Both the position numbers and the translations under genes were made by a program. The notes under the pieces were generated by a model. It was not told where the DNA came from, ran no database searches, and saw only the letters and a list, made by a program, of their open reading frames with translations. Below, in pieces: positions 8,285-17,693 of a stretch of 64,000 nucleotides of DNA (within the stretch, counting starts at the first letter, position 1; each line of letters opens with the position of its first letter). The stretch comes from Candidatus Kaiserbacteria bacterium (GTDB lineage Bacteria > Patescibacteriota > Minisyncoccia > Phycocordibacterales > Phycocordibacteraceae), in the NCBI GenBank assembly GCA_027451665.1, contig DAIDIW010000002.1:146766-210765 (forward strand), in the 5' to 3' direction.

Positions 8285-9538
8285 CTATTTCAAAACCAGC
8301 ACGAGCACGCCCTGCTTGCCTTTCCGTACGAGTGTGTGGCCCTCCTTTAGGTCGCCAAGGTAAACCTTCTGATCCGCATTCTCGATGGTGAGCCCAGAGA
8401 GCTTGATAGCCTTTCCCTCGATGAGCCGACGCGCCTCTGACTTAGAGGAAGCGAGACCGCCGGCGACCAGGCACTCGGCGAGAAACTTTCCTTCACGGGC
8501 TTCGGTCTTTAAGATGGTCACCGAGGGTGCCTCTGCAAGCGCCACCGCCCGCGCGTCACGCGAAAGAGAGGCGAAGTCCGTCTTGCCGAAGAGCGCATCT
8601 GTAGCTGCTGCTGCAGCGGCGACGGCCGCGGGGCCGTGCACAATCTCGGTGACGAGGCGCGCGAGCGTCTCCTGCGCCTCTCGCTCTCCGGGGCTCATGC
8701 GATGTTTCTCCATGATTGTCTCAATCTCAGAGAGCGGAAGGAAGGTGTACGCCTTGAAATATTTCTCGAGCCCGCCGTCGGGCAGATTCATCCAGAACTG
8801 GTAGAACTTGAACGGAGACGTCTTTTTCGGATCGAGCCAGACCGCGTTTCCTTCACTCTTGCCGAACTTCTTACCATTGCTGTCCGTCACAAGCGGCATG
8901 GAGAGCGCAAAGGCCCGTTTCCCTTCCTTCTTGCGTATGAGGTCTACGCCCGAGAGGATGTTCGTCCATTGGTCGCTACCGCCTACCTGGAGATCGCAGC
9001 CATATTTCTTATGTAGTTCAAGGAAGTCGTACCCCTGCAGGAGCGCATAGGTGAACTCCGTGTACGAAATGCTCTCGTCAGGGGTCTCGAGGCGCTTTCT
9101 GATGAGGTCACGCTTTACAAGATCGTTCACGGTGAAATGCTTGCCGATATCGCGGAGGAACGGGATAAGGTGCACCTTTGCAAGCCAGTCGGCATTATCC
9201 ACCATCGTGAACGTGACGCCGCCTAAGAGTCCCTTGAGCTGCCTTTTGATAGCGCGCTTATTACGCTCGATGGTTTTGTCGTCCAAGAGCGAACGTTCCC
9301 CTTTCTCGCGCGGGTCGCCGATCATACCGGTGCCGCCACCCACGAGGAATATGAGCTTGTGTCCGGCGTCGCCGAGGCGCTTCATGAGAAGCACGACGGC
9401 AAGATTTCCCACCTGGATGGAATCAGCGGTCGGGTCGATACCGAGATAGGCCGTACGCTTCTCAGAAAGGATGACCGCGGGCTCGGTCGAGCTATGCTCG
9501 ATGAGTCCGCGCGCCTTGAGGTCGTCTGCGAGGTTCAT
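8285..9538 (-). CDS. tyrS: tyrosyl-tRNA synthetase
   Basis: LGIDPTADSIQVGNLAVVLLMKRL (HIGH-region equivalent) and KFGKSEGNAVWL (KMSKS variant); C-terminal S4-like domain; 417 aa. Confidence 0.85.
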   Translation of the reverse strand: MNLADDLKARGLIEHSSTEPAVILSEKRTAYLGIDPTADSIQVGNLAVVLLMKRLGDAGHKLIFLVGGGTGMIGDPREKGERSLLDDKTIERNKRAIKRQLKGLLGGVTFTMVDNADWLAKVHLIPFLRDIGKHFTVNDLVKRDLIRKRLETPDESISYTEFTYALLQGYDFLELHKKYGCDLQVGGSDQWTNILSGVDLIRKKEGKRAFALSMPLVTDSNGKKFGKSEGNAVWLDPKKTSPFKFYQFWMNLPDGGLEKYFKAYTFLPLSEIETIMEKHRMSPGEREAQETLARLVTEIVHGPAAVAAAAAATDALFGKTDFASLSRDARAVALAEAPSVTILKTEAREGKFLAECLVAGGLASSKSEARRLIEGKAIKLSGLTIENADQKVYLGDLKEGHTLVRKGKQGVLVLVLK

Positions 9539-9553
9539 GGCACAGATTCTACA

Positions 9554-11344
9554 CTATTCGTGCAGCCCGATGTGTAGCTCATAGAGGCGCCGATACTCCC
9601 CGTCAGGTATTCGCATAAGCTCTTCATGCGTACCCATCTCGGCGACCTTCCCGGCCTTTAGCACGATGATCTTATCGGCCTTTCGCACGGTCGATAGCCG
9701 GTGCGCGATGACGAACGTCGTGCGTCCTCGCATGAGCTCTTCGAGCGAGGTCGTGATGAAGCGCTCCGTCTGCGGATCGAGCGCCGAGGTCGGTTCGTCA
9801 AGTATGAGGATCTTCGGGTCTCGTAGGATTGCGCGCGCGATTGCTACGCGCTGCTTCTGGCCCACCGAGAGCTTCACGCCGCGTTCTCCTACCTGCTGAT
9901 CATAACCGTTCGGGAATTGTTCGATGAAGGTAGCGGCATCCGCCTTCGCGCAGGCGGCCTTCACGTCATCGAGGGTCGCTTCCGGCCTACCGTAGCGGAT
10001 GTTATCGGCGATGGACGCGTTGAAGAGAACAACTTCCTGCGGCACGACCGCAATGTGCCTTCGGAGGTCACGGAGATTCAGTGTGCGTATGTCGTGGCCG
10101 TCCACGAGGACCTCTCCCGCCCGCGGAAAGTAATATCCGGAAACGAGCTCTGCCGTGGTCGACTTCCCTACGCCCGTCTGCCCCACGAGCGCCACGACTT
10201 CGCCGGCGCGCGCCTCGAATGACACGCCGTTCAGAACCGCCCGCTGATCGTCGCCGTACGCGAAGTGAACGTTCCTGAAGGATACGTCGCCGCGAAGCTC
10301 AGAAAGGCGTATCGCCTGAGGCGGATCGTAGAGTTCCGAAGCGGCCCCGAAGACGCGTTCGCTGCGGGCGAGCGCGACAAGGCTGTTCTGTATGGTCTGC
10401 CAGCTCGTACCGAGCTGCACGAACGGACCGATGATCATTCCCGCGTATGCGTTAAACGCGATAAGATCGCCCACGGTGATAACGCCATGGCTGATGTAGT
10501 AGACAGAGAGCAGAAAGATGGCCGTTTGCGTTACGAGCACGATCGCACGTTGGGCGAAATTCAGATTGCTCCAAAACTGCTCGAGGCGATACCATATGGG
10601 AGTCGCTTCCTCATAGAAGCCTCGACGGATGCGCTCCATCTCGATGGGTTCCGCGCCGGCCTGCTTTACTGTCTGGAAATTCGCGTACGCATCAGCGGCA
10701 TCGCCGGACGTCCGGTTCCAGATTTCGAACGCTTCCGACTGGTACTTCGACGTACGAGGGATGATGAATACGAGCACGAGCAGGTAGAGTGCAATGCCGG
10801 CGAGCAACACGAACGCGAGCTGAGGAAGTATCAGGAAGGAGATGCCCACGCCCACGAGGATCGTGAGGAATTGCGGCACGATGGAGACCATCGTATTCGT
10901 GAATGAGCCGAGCATCCACGATGCGCGGCTTAGGTTCTCGTTTATCTCGCCGACGCGTGTCGTCTTGAAAAAATTAAGCGGAAGCGTGAGAAGGTGCGTA
11001 TAGGCCTTGGCCTGGAACCCCGCTTCCATCTCGGTCGTCATGAGGCGCGTGCGCCTATCAGCAATAAAGCTGATGCCGTTCGAAAACACCTGGAGGATGA
11101 GCCAGGCGCCGATGAGCGCTTCCCAGAGGGGAACCCGCCCGAACATCGGTACGACGGTCATATGCGGCGCCACGAGGCTGTCTATGAACTTGCCCGTGAT
11201 ATACGGAACGATGCCGTTTGCGAGTGCGAGGAGCATCTCGAGGATGGTGAGGATGGCGATCGCGCGGGCATAGGGAGAAAGCTGGCGTCTGAGCGCCAGT
11301 TTCTTCTCCTCCCATGTGAAGACACGCTTCTTTTCCTCTGCCAC
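9554..11344 (-). CDS. ABC exporter, fused permease/ATPase (MsbA/LmrA-like)
   Basis: 6-TM N-terminal domain; Walker A GQTGVGKST, ABC signature LSVGQKQRVAIARAIL, Walker B ILILDEPTSALD. Confidence 0.8.
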   Translation of the reverse strand: MAEEKKRVFTWEEKKLALRRQLSPYARAIAILTILEMLLALANGIVPYITGKFIDSLVAPHMTVVPMFGRVPLWEALIGAWLILQVFSNGISFIADRRTRLMTTEMEAGFQAKAYTHLLTLPLNFFKTTRVGEINENLSRASWMLGSFTNTMVSIVPQFLTILVGVGISFLILPQLAFVLLAGIALYLLVLVFIIPRTSKYQSEAFEIWNRTSGDAADAYANFQTVKQAGAEPIEMERIRRGFYEEATPIWYRLEQFWSNLNFAQRAIVLVTQTAIFLLSVYYISHGVITVGDLIAFNAYAGMIIGPFVQLGTSWQTIQNSLVALARSERVFGAASELYDPPQAIRLSELRGDVSFRNVHFAYGDDQRAVLNGVSFEARAGEVVALVGQTGVGKSTTAELVSGYYFPRAGEVLVDGHDIRTLNLRDLRRHIAVVPQEVVLFNASIADNIRYGRPEATLDDVKAACAKADAATFIEQFPNGYDQQVGERGVKLSVGQKQRVAIARAILRDPKILILDEPTSALDPQTERFITTSLEELMRGRTTFVIAHRLSTVRKADKIIVLKAGKVAEMGTHEELMRIPDGEYRRLYELHIGLHE

Positions 11345-11379
11345 GACAAAATTATACCACGGATTCTGAGGCTAGGAAA

Positions 11380-11925
11380 TCAGTGTGCGAGAAAGAAAAG
11401 AGCGACCGCCGGCGCGGCGAACCACCAAAAGAAATATTGCGCAGGCGCAAAAAGATTCGCGATCGAATTGTTGAAATGATAGACGCTCGTTATGGCAAAT
11501 GCGTGATACGCAAGCGCGACGAGAAACGCGCCCGTGAGGAAGGATGTTGCAAGAAGGCCGATGAGGCCGATATAAATAAAATCCGAGACTGCGACCCGTC
11601 GCAAGATGATGTAAAAGATGAATACGATGGCGAGATAGAGCACGGCATGTACCACGACCGCAGTAAGAGCAGGCGCCGACGGCAGATAGTTCAGATACGC
11701 TTGAGGTATCGCCCGGTATACCCCATAGCCGGCATAGAACGCGAGCACGAGCGCGACATAGGGACCGCGGCCGCGGTAACGCGCGAACCCGTAAAAAAAG
11801 AGCGTGAGAATGATTAGTATGACGAAGCTTGCGACGGCGCCCCAGACGGTAAGCGCGGTATGGGTCGCGACCGTGCTTACCTGAGAGAGTCCTTGTGTGG
11901 CGCTGAGCACGTTCGACATAGTCAT
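11380..11925 (-). CDS. hypothetical integral membrane protein
   Basis: 181 aa, 5-6 predicted TM helices, no recognised motif. Confidence 0.4.
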   Translation of the reverse strand: MTMSNVLSATQGLSQVSTVATHTALTVWGAVASFVILIILTLFFYGFARYRGRGPYVALVLAFYAGYGVYRAIPQAYLNYLPSAPALTAVVVHAVLYLAIVFIFYIILRRVAVSDFIYIGLIGLLATSFLTGAFLVALAYHAFAITSVYHFNNSIANLFAPAQYFFWWFAAPAVALFFLAH

Positions 11926-12002
11926 AAGTATGCCCTACCGGACGCGCGCGAACGCCGCGTAGTGGTGATAACCTCACCTCGCCCCGCGTGTCGCGGAAGC
12001 GG

Positions 12003-13082
12003 TCAGAGCCCCTCGGCGCGAAGGTCATCGATCGCCTTCTTCGCCTTCCCGGAAAGCTTCTGCGGAAGCGCCACTTCGAGACGGATGAGGAGGTCGCCCT
12101 TGCCGTGCGGGGCCGGGATGCCCTTCCCGCGCACGCGCAAGAGCTCTTCGGCGCGCTTCATCACCGGAATCTTCACCTCGATCGTCTTCCCGTCGAGCAT
12201 TTCCACCGGCACGGTGGTGCCCGTGAGCGCATCAGTGAGCTTCACGGGGAGGTCCATGATGAGATGATTCGCATCGCGTCTGAAGACTGGGTGGGACTTC
12301 ACATGTATCTTCACGTAGAGATCGCCGGCAGTGCCGTTCTTCACCGCTTCGCCCTTTCCGGGCATGCGGATCATCTCGTCGTTCTCGATCCCGGCAGGGA
12401 TCTGGACGCGCACCTCTTCCTCCTTGCGGAGCACCCCGTGGCCTCTGCACTCAGAACACTTCTCCTTCGGGATTTTTCCGGAACCCTCGCAGGCAGCGCA
12501 CGTCCGTACGCTCGTGAACTGGCCGAGAATGGTATTGCGCACCTCATGTACCTGTCCGCTTCCCCCGCAGATCTTGCAGGTCTCGAGCTCCGTGCCCGGC
12601 CTTCCGCCGGTCCCCTTGCACGTATCGCATGTCGAGACCTTCCCGAGAAGCACTGAACGTTCGGTGCCGAACACGGCTTCCTGGAATGAAAGCTCGAGAT
12701 CAATGGAGATATCTCTTCCGCGCGGGGCGCGCGCAGCTTGACGGCCGCCGAAAAAATCGCCGAAGATGTCGCCGAAATCGAATTCAGCTCCGCCGTTGCC
12801 GGAGCCTTGCTGGAACTGAGAGAAGTCGAACCCGCCGAAGGGACTGCCACCGAATCCGCCCGCTCCCCCGCCCGGGAATGACTGACCATACGTGTCGTAT
12901 TCGCGGCGTCTCTTCTCGTCGCCGAGGACGGCGTAGGCTTCGGATACTTCCTTGAACTTGGCTTCGTCTCCGCCGGACTTGTCCGGGTGATACTTGTGCG
13001 CGAGCTTCCGGAACGCCTTTTTGATGTCGTCCTGGCTCGCCTTCTTGTCGACGCCGAGCGTCTCGTAATAGTTTTTCGCCAT
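12003..13082 (-). CDS. dnaJ: chaperone DnaJ
   Basis: J domain [33 protein letters not shown]; Gly/Phe-rich linker; four CxxCxGxG zinc-finger repeats. Start at ATG 13082 (MAKNYY). Confidence 0.9.
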   Translation of the reverse strand: MAKNYYETLGVDKKASQDDIKKAFRKLAHKYHPDKSGGDEAKFKEVSEAYAVLGDEKRRREYDTYGQSFPGGGAGGFGGSPFGGFDFSQFQQGSGNGGAEFDFGDIFGDFFGGRQAARAPRGRDISIDLELSFQEAVFGTERSVLLGKVSTCDTCKGTGGRPGTELETCKICGGSGQVHEVRNTILGQFTSVRTCAACEGSGKIPKEKCSECRGHGVLRKEEEVRVQIPAGIENDEMIRMPGKGEAVKNGTAGDLYVKIHVKSHPVFRRDANHLIMDLPVKLTDALTGTTVPVEMLDGKTIEVKIPVMKRAEELLRVRGKGIPAPHGKGDLLIRLEVALPQKLSGKAKKAIDDLRAEGL

Positions 13083-13138
13083 ATCGTTCCCGATTATACG
13101 CGTGACCTTTTGGTATGCAAAATGAAAATCATGAAGCG

Positions 13139-13187
13139 CGAAAAAGAAAGCGGCACGGGCTCTCTCCAAAGAGAGTTCCCGTGCCGC
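13139..13187 (-). terminator. rho-independent terminator downstream of dnaK (long perfect palindrome plus U-tract)
   Basis: GCGGCACGGGCTCTCTCCAAAGAGAGTTCCCGTGCCGC gives a ~17-bp stem. On the minus strand it is followed by CTTTCTTTTTC. Located in the 284-nt dnaK-dnaJ spacer. Confidence 0.55.
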
Positions 13188-13366
13188 CTTCGCCTGCGTT
13201 CAATCATCGGATGGGGCTTCAGGAGTCGCATCTACGATGTATCGCGTTGGTGACAGCAGATAACATATAACAAAGATTGCAGCTGAGGGTACTGCGACCG
13301 ATAGAAGGAACGTCATCAAGCCTATCCTTTTGGATTCGACACGAAGTTTACCACACTCCTCTCAGC

Positions 13367-15268
13367 CTAGTCCTTCTCCTTGAATTCGGCGTCGGTAGCG
13401 CCCTGATTGCCCTCAGACTGCTTCTGCTCTCCAGCGGCGCCCGGCTTTGGCTGGTCCTTCATCATGGCCTCGCCAATCTTCGAAAGCGAGCTGCTGAGTG
13501 CGTCGATCGCAGATTTGATGCGGTCTGCGTCCTCGCCGCCCATGGCAGTCTTGAGATCGGTAATCTTGTCTTGGACCTCTTTCACGACTTCAGCGCCCGC
13601 CTTCTCGCCGTTCTCCTTGATGGCCTTCTCGGCGCTATAGACCGTTTGCTCCGCGATATTGCGCGCTTCGACGAGTCCCTTGCGCTTCTCGTCCGCGGCC
13701 GCATTCGCCTCAGCGTCTGCCTTCATCTTGTCGATATCCTCCTTCGAGAGGCCGGTCGAACCTTCGATGCGGATGGACTGCTCCTTGCCGGTAGTCTTCT
13801 CCTTCGCCTTCACGGTCAGGATGCCGGACGCGTCTACGTCGAAGGTTACCTCGATCTGCGGCATGCCGCGCGGCGCCGGCGGTATGCCGTCAAGCATGAA
13901 CTTGCCGAGAGACTTGTTGTCGGCGCTCATTGCGCGCTCACCCTGCGTGATGTGGATCTCCACTGACGGCTGGTTGTCTGCAGCGGTCGAGAAGGTCTGC
14001 GAGCGCGAGGTCGGGATGGCCGTGTTGCGCTCGATGAGCTTCGTCGCGACGCCGCCCATGGTCTCGATGGCAAGCGAGAGCGGAATGACATCCACGAGGA
14101 GGATGTCCTTCACGTCGCCCTGGAGGATACCGGCCTGGATGGCAGCGCCGATTGCGACTACCTCGTCCGGATTCACGCTCATGTTCGGCTTCTTACCGAA
14201 GAACTGCTCTACCGCCTTCTGGATTGCCGGCATGCGCGTCTGACCGCCCACAAGGATGACTTCGTTGATGTCTCCGAGCTTGAACGGCGAGGCGTTCATG
14301 GCGCGCTTCGTGATGTCGAGGGCGCGGGTCACGAACGGCTCGGCGAGCTCTTCGAGCTTTGCGCGGCTCATCGAGACGAGGAGGTGCTGCGGACCGGCAT
14401 CGGTCGAAGTGATGAACGGGATGTTCACCTCGGTCTCCATCGAGCTCGAGAGCTCGATCTTCGCCTTCTCAGCCGCCTCGTCGAGGCGCTGACGCGCGAG
14501 CGGATCGCCCATAACATCCACGCCCGATTGCTTCTTAAATTCGCCCGCGAGCCACGTGATGATGGCCTGGTCGATATCCTTACCACCCAAGTGCGCGTCG
14601 CCATCGGTCGATTTTACCTCGATGGTGTCGTCACCCACGTCGAGAATCGAGATATCGAACGTTCCGCCGCCGAAGTCAAAGACTGCGATCTTCTCCTCCT
14701 TCTTCTTGTTCAATCCATACGCGAGCGCGGCTGCGGTCGGCTCGTTGATGATGCGCTTCACAGTGAGGCCGGCGATCTCGCCCGCTGCCTTGGTCGCCGA
14801 ACGCTGATCATCGTTGAAGTAGGCGGGAACGGTGATGACCGCTTCGGTAATCTTCTCGCCCGTCTTCGCTTCCGCATCAGCCTTCAGCTTGCCGAGTATC
14901 ATTGCGGACACCTCTTCCGGGCGGTACCACGCGTCTTTTCCATCCTTTTGGCCCATCTTCACCTCGATGCCGCCGTTGTCGGCCTTGCGCATCTCGAACG
15001 GAACAGCCTCCTTGTCCTTCTGTACCTCAGGCTCATTGAACGAGTGGCCGATGAAGCGCTTGATCTGATAGATCGTGTTTGTCGGATTCGTAACGGCCTG
15101 GCGCTTCGCCAAGGTACCGACGATGCGCTCGCCATTCTTCCCTATCGCTACGATTGACGGCGTGGTGCGTGCGCCCTCCGCATTCTCGAGAACGCGCGGC
15201 TCGCCGCCCTCAACGATAGCCATCGCGGAGTTAGTGGTGCCCAGATCAATGCCGAGGATCTTTGCCAT
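13367..15268 (-). CDS. dnaK: chaperone DnaK (Hsp70)
   Basis: [41 protein letters not shown]; DLGGGTFD; 633 aa. Confidence 0.95.
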   Translation of the reverse strand: MAKILGIDLGTTNSAMAIVEGGEPRVLENAEGARTTPSIVAIGKNGERIVGTLAKRQAVTNPTNTIYQIKRFIGHSFNEPEVQKDKEAVPFEMRKADNGGIEVKMGQKDGKDAWYRPEEVSAMILGKLKADAEAKTGEKITEAVITVPAYFNDDQRSATKAAGEIAGLTVKRIINEPTAAALAYGLNKKKEEKIAVFDFGGGTFDISILDVGDDTIEVKSTDGDAHLGGKDIDQAIITWLAGEFKKQSGVDVMGDPLARQRLDEAAEKAKIELSSSMETEVNIPFITSTDAGPQHLLVSMSRAKLEELAEPFVTRALDITKRAMNASPFKLGDINEVILVGGQTRMPAIQKAVEQFFGKKPNMSVNPDEVVAIGAAIQAGILQGDVKDILLVDVIPLSLAIETMGGVATKLIERNTAIPTSRSQTFSTAADNQPSVEIHITQGERAMSADNKSLGKFMLDGIPPAPRGMPQIEVTFDVDASGILTVKAKEKTTGKEQSIRIEGSTGLSKEDIDKMKADAEANAAADEKRKGLVEARNIAEQTVYSAEKAIKENGEKAGAEVVKEVQDKITDLKTAMGGEDADRIKSAIDALSSSLSKIGEAMMKDQPKPGAAGEQKQSEGNQGATDAEFKEKD

Positions 15269-15370
15269 AGAAATAGCTTACAGGTTACAGCTTCCAGCTG
15301 ACAGCTTATAAATGCAGGCCCCAAGCGACCCTGATACGTTCATTTTATAGATTCCGTTTTTCTTGCGCAA

Positions 15371-15901
15371 CTACGCAGCGTAGCTGTAGACACGGACCTT
15401 TGCTGGGCGCACTACAGCATCCCCGATCTTCCAGCCAGGCTCGAGGACGGTCGACACGGTACCATCTTTCTCCTCTGAGTCTGCCGCGTCCTGGCTGAGC
15501 GCGTCGTGAAGCATGGGGTCGAACGCCTCACCCGGAACGCCGAAGGACTCGAGGCCGAGCGAGGCGAAGCCTCCCTCGAGCTGCTTCACGATGCCCACGA
15601 AGCCTTCGGGGATATCGCCATGCGTTTTCGCGCGTTCCAGGGCGTCGAACGCCGGCAGGAGCGCCTCCGCAGCTTTTATTACGCCTCGCTGCCTCTCCGC
15701 TCTCTTCTCATCATCGAAGCGTTTGAGCACGTTCACGTAATCAGCCTTGGCGCGTTGCCAGCCGTCTAGATTCTGCTGCTTCTCGTCTTGGCAGGCAGCG
15801 AGCTCAGCCTTGAGTTTAGCGATGCGCTTTTCAGGATCACTTCCCTTCGGCGCCTCATTGTTCTCTGCCTCGAACGAGACATCTTCATACTCGTCTTTCA
15901 T
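15371..15901 (-). CDS. grpE: nucleotide exchange factor GrpE
   Basis: WQRAKADYVNVLKRFDDEKRAERQ coiled-coil plus C-terminal beta domain. Start at ATG 15901 (MKDEYED); the track ORF N-terminal 86 aa are a GC-driven extension. Confidence 0.8.
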   Translation of the reverse strand: MKDEYEDVSFEAENNEAPKGSDPEKRIAKLKAELAACQDEKQQNLDGWQRAKADYVNVLKRFDDEKRAERQRGVIKAAEALLPAFDALERAKTHGDIPEGFVGIVKQLEGGFASLGLESFGVPGEAFDPMLHDALSQDAADSEEKDGTVSTVLEPGWKIGDAVVRPAKVRVYSYAA

Positions 15902-16010
15902 CCTCGTAACTATGCCTGATGCGCCGTGACGCGTCAAAAGGTGCGTTACCGGCTTCTCGGGAGCGCTGTTCCATGCCATGCTACGGGAAGCAGCGCGAGG
16001 AGTACTCGAA

Positions 16011-16436
16011 ATGCCCTTTGTAAAGCTCGAGGACAGAGTGCATGCCGCATTACCGCAACGTTTTGGTGCCACGATCACCTTCGGCGAGTTAGCCGCCCGC
16101 GTGGGACGCGTACGCGACCTGGGCGAAGTCCTGCGGTCGCTTGCCGCACGCAGGGTCATATCGTTCGGCGATCCTGAACCGGCGCTTTTTCACGATGCGC
16201 TCGTCATCCTGAAGAATGACCGACTACTTCCCACTGAGTTCTATACCCTGGTAGGTGACGAGGATATCTATCCGCAGTGCATCTGCACCGGCAAAGAGCT
16301 CCTTGAGGAGCTTCTCATTCCGGAACGCTCGGCGCTCATCACGGTGGACGCGCGCAGCGGCCATCTCTTCCTTTCGAATATGTGTGACGATGTCGTGGCA
16401 GTACTGTCGCCCGAAAATTGGTACCGAGCGCACTGA
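16011..16436 (+). CDS. MGMT-fold / alkyltransferase-like (ATL) DNA-binding domain protein with degenerate active site (putative)
   Basis: MPFVKLEDRVHAALPQRFGATITFGELAARVG matches the T-P-F-x-x-V-x-x-AL-x-x-IP-x-G-x-x-x-T/Y-G-E-L-A core of the MGMT C-terminal domain, but no PCHR motif is present. GAGGAG SD 9 nt upstream of ATG 16011; hairpin terminator right after the stop. Confidence 0.4.
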   Translation: MPFVKLEDRVHAALPQRFGATITFGELAARVGRVRDLGEVLRSLAARRVISFGDPEPALFHDALVILKNDRLLPTEFYTLVGDEDIYPQCICTGKELLEELLIPERSALITVDARSGHLFLSNMCDDVVAVLSPENWYRAH

Positions 16437-16450
16437 GATGTACACGATCC

Positions 16451-16489
16451 GGACCCTAGCGTAGATGTCGCTAGGGTCCTTTTCCTTTG
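16451..16489 (+). terminator. rho-independent terminator of the + strand ORF ending at 16436
   Basis: GGACCCTAGC-gtagatgtc-GCTAGGGTCC followed by TTTTCCTTTG. Confidence 0.6.
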
Positions 16490-16500
16490 CGTAGTCATAC

Positions 16501-16526
16501 GGAAAAGCCCCCGAGAGGGCCTTTCG
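16501..16526 (-). terminator. possible short GC hairpin plus U-tract after rpsI
   Basis: Minus strand CGAAAGGCCCTCTCGGGGGCTTTTCC immediately after the rpsI stop; convergent with the + strand terminator. Confidence 0.35.
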
Positions 16527-16928
16527 TTAGCGCTTAGACCACTGCTTGCGCTTGCGGGCCTTCACGAGTCCCGGCTTCTTACGCTCTTTGGCGCGCGGGT
16601 CTCGGGTCATGAGCCCGGCTGGCTTCAGCTTGGCGCGCGTAGCGGGCTCGCTCTTTGTGAGCGCACGCGAAATCGCATGACGGACAGCCTCTGCCTGCGC
16701 GGCGACGCCGCCGCCAGTCACGTTGGCCGTAACGCGGTAGTTTTTCGCGGCTTCAGCGATCGTGAATGCCTCAAGTGCCGTGCGTGCGCGCTCATCGGTC
16801 TTGAAAAACTCTTTCGGGCTCTTGCCGTTTACCATAAGCGAATTCTTGTCGGCCTCGCTCATGCGGACCGTTGCAATTGCGGTCTTTCTGCGCCCAACAG
16901 CGGTGATAAAGGATGTTGCCATACTCAT
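16527..16928 (-). CDS. rpsI: 30S ribosomal protein S9
   Basis: C-terminus GLMTRDPRAKERKKPGLVKARKRKQWSKR is the S9 signature; VGRRKTAIATVRM near the N-terminus. Confidence 0.9.
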   Translation of the reverse strand: MSMATSFITAVGRRKTAIATVRMSEADKNSLMVNGKSPKEFFKTDERARTALEAFTIAEAAKNYRVTANVTGGGVAAQAEAVRHAISRALTKSEPATRAKLKPAGLMTRDPRAKERKKPGLVKARKRKQWSKR

Positions 16929-17299
16929 GCTTTAACAATGAGGTTCTTCATGCGTGGGCCGCGAAGCTTATTACGCGGTATCATTCCGTCGATGGTCTTC
17001 TTTACGACTTCTTCAATGCCCTTCTTCTCGATCATCTCGGCCATGGTCATCGCGCGCTGACCGCCCGGATAGCCCGTGTAGCGAAGGTAGACTTTCCCTC
17101 TCTTGCGTGCGTCAGAAACATGAAGCTGCGAGGCATTCTCGATGACAACCGTAATCGGATGCGTGCGATGCTTCACCATAAGTGCTGAGCGCTTGCCGAG
17201 CAGCGCATGCGCGGCTTCGCTCGCGACGCGGCCAAGCGTGCGGCCTGCCGCATCGATGCGGTATGTGGTTGCTGCGGGATTCGTGAGAGGCGTTGCCAT
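16925..17299 (-). CDS. rplM: 50S ribosomal protein L13
   Basis: TYRIDAAGRTLGRVASEAAHALLGKRSAL... matches the L13 N-terminus (YVVDATGKTLGRLAT-like). Start at ATG 17299; 4-nt overlap with rpsI. Confidence 0.85.
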   Translation of the reverse strand: MATPLTNPAATTYRIDAAGRTLGRVASEAAHALLGKRSALMVKHRTHPITVVIENASQLHVSDARKRGKVYLRYTGYPGGQRAMTMAEMIEKKGIEEVVKKTIDGMIPRNKLRGPRMKNLIVKA

Positions 17300-17315
17300 G
17301 GTGATTGTATTGGTA

Positions 17316-17669
17316 CTAGACGAATGCGATATACGCAAGCTTTGCGGCATTTCCCGTTCCGCGGCGGGTGCGCTTCACGACGCGTGTATAGCCTCCCGCG
17401 CGCCCGGCGTACCGTGGCGCAATCGTTTCGAAGAGCTTCTTCACGGCGACATCGTCCCCGAGTCGAGACTTCGCAAGTCGACGGCTCGCGAGCGTGTTCC
17501 TCTTCCCGTAGGTGACGAGGCGCTCCACAAAGGGGCGAAGCTCCTTCGCTTTCGCTTCAGTCGTCGAGATGCGTTCCTCGAGGATAAGGGAGCGTGCCTG
17601 TGCGCGAAGTAGTGCACGACGCTGGCTTGTCGGCCGATTGAACGCCCTGGATTTGCTGCGTTGACTCAT
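17316..17669 (-). CDS. rplQ: 50S ribosomal protein L17
   Basis: MSQRSKSRAFNRPTSQRRALLRAQARSLILEERISTTEAKAKELRPFVERLVT. Confidence 0.9.
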   Translation of the reverse strand: MSQRSKSRAFNRPTSQRRALLRAQARSLILEERISTTEAKAKELRPFVERLVTYGKRNTLASRRLAKSRLGDDVAVKKLFETIAPRYAGRAGGYTRVVKRTRRGTGNAAKLAYIAFV

Positions 17670-17693
17670 GGTGGATTGCTTATGAGGTCCGAA

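Noticed and set aside
15902-16159. 262-aa version of GrpE including an 86-aa Arg/Ser-rich N-terminal extension (also similar extensions on rpsD, rpsM, atpA, atpH, trpS).
   Set aside because: Extensions are GC-rich low-complexity, lack homology to the respective families, and overlap neighbouring genes or promoters. Internal ATGs give canonical N-termini.
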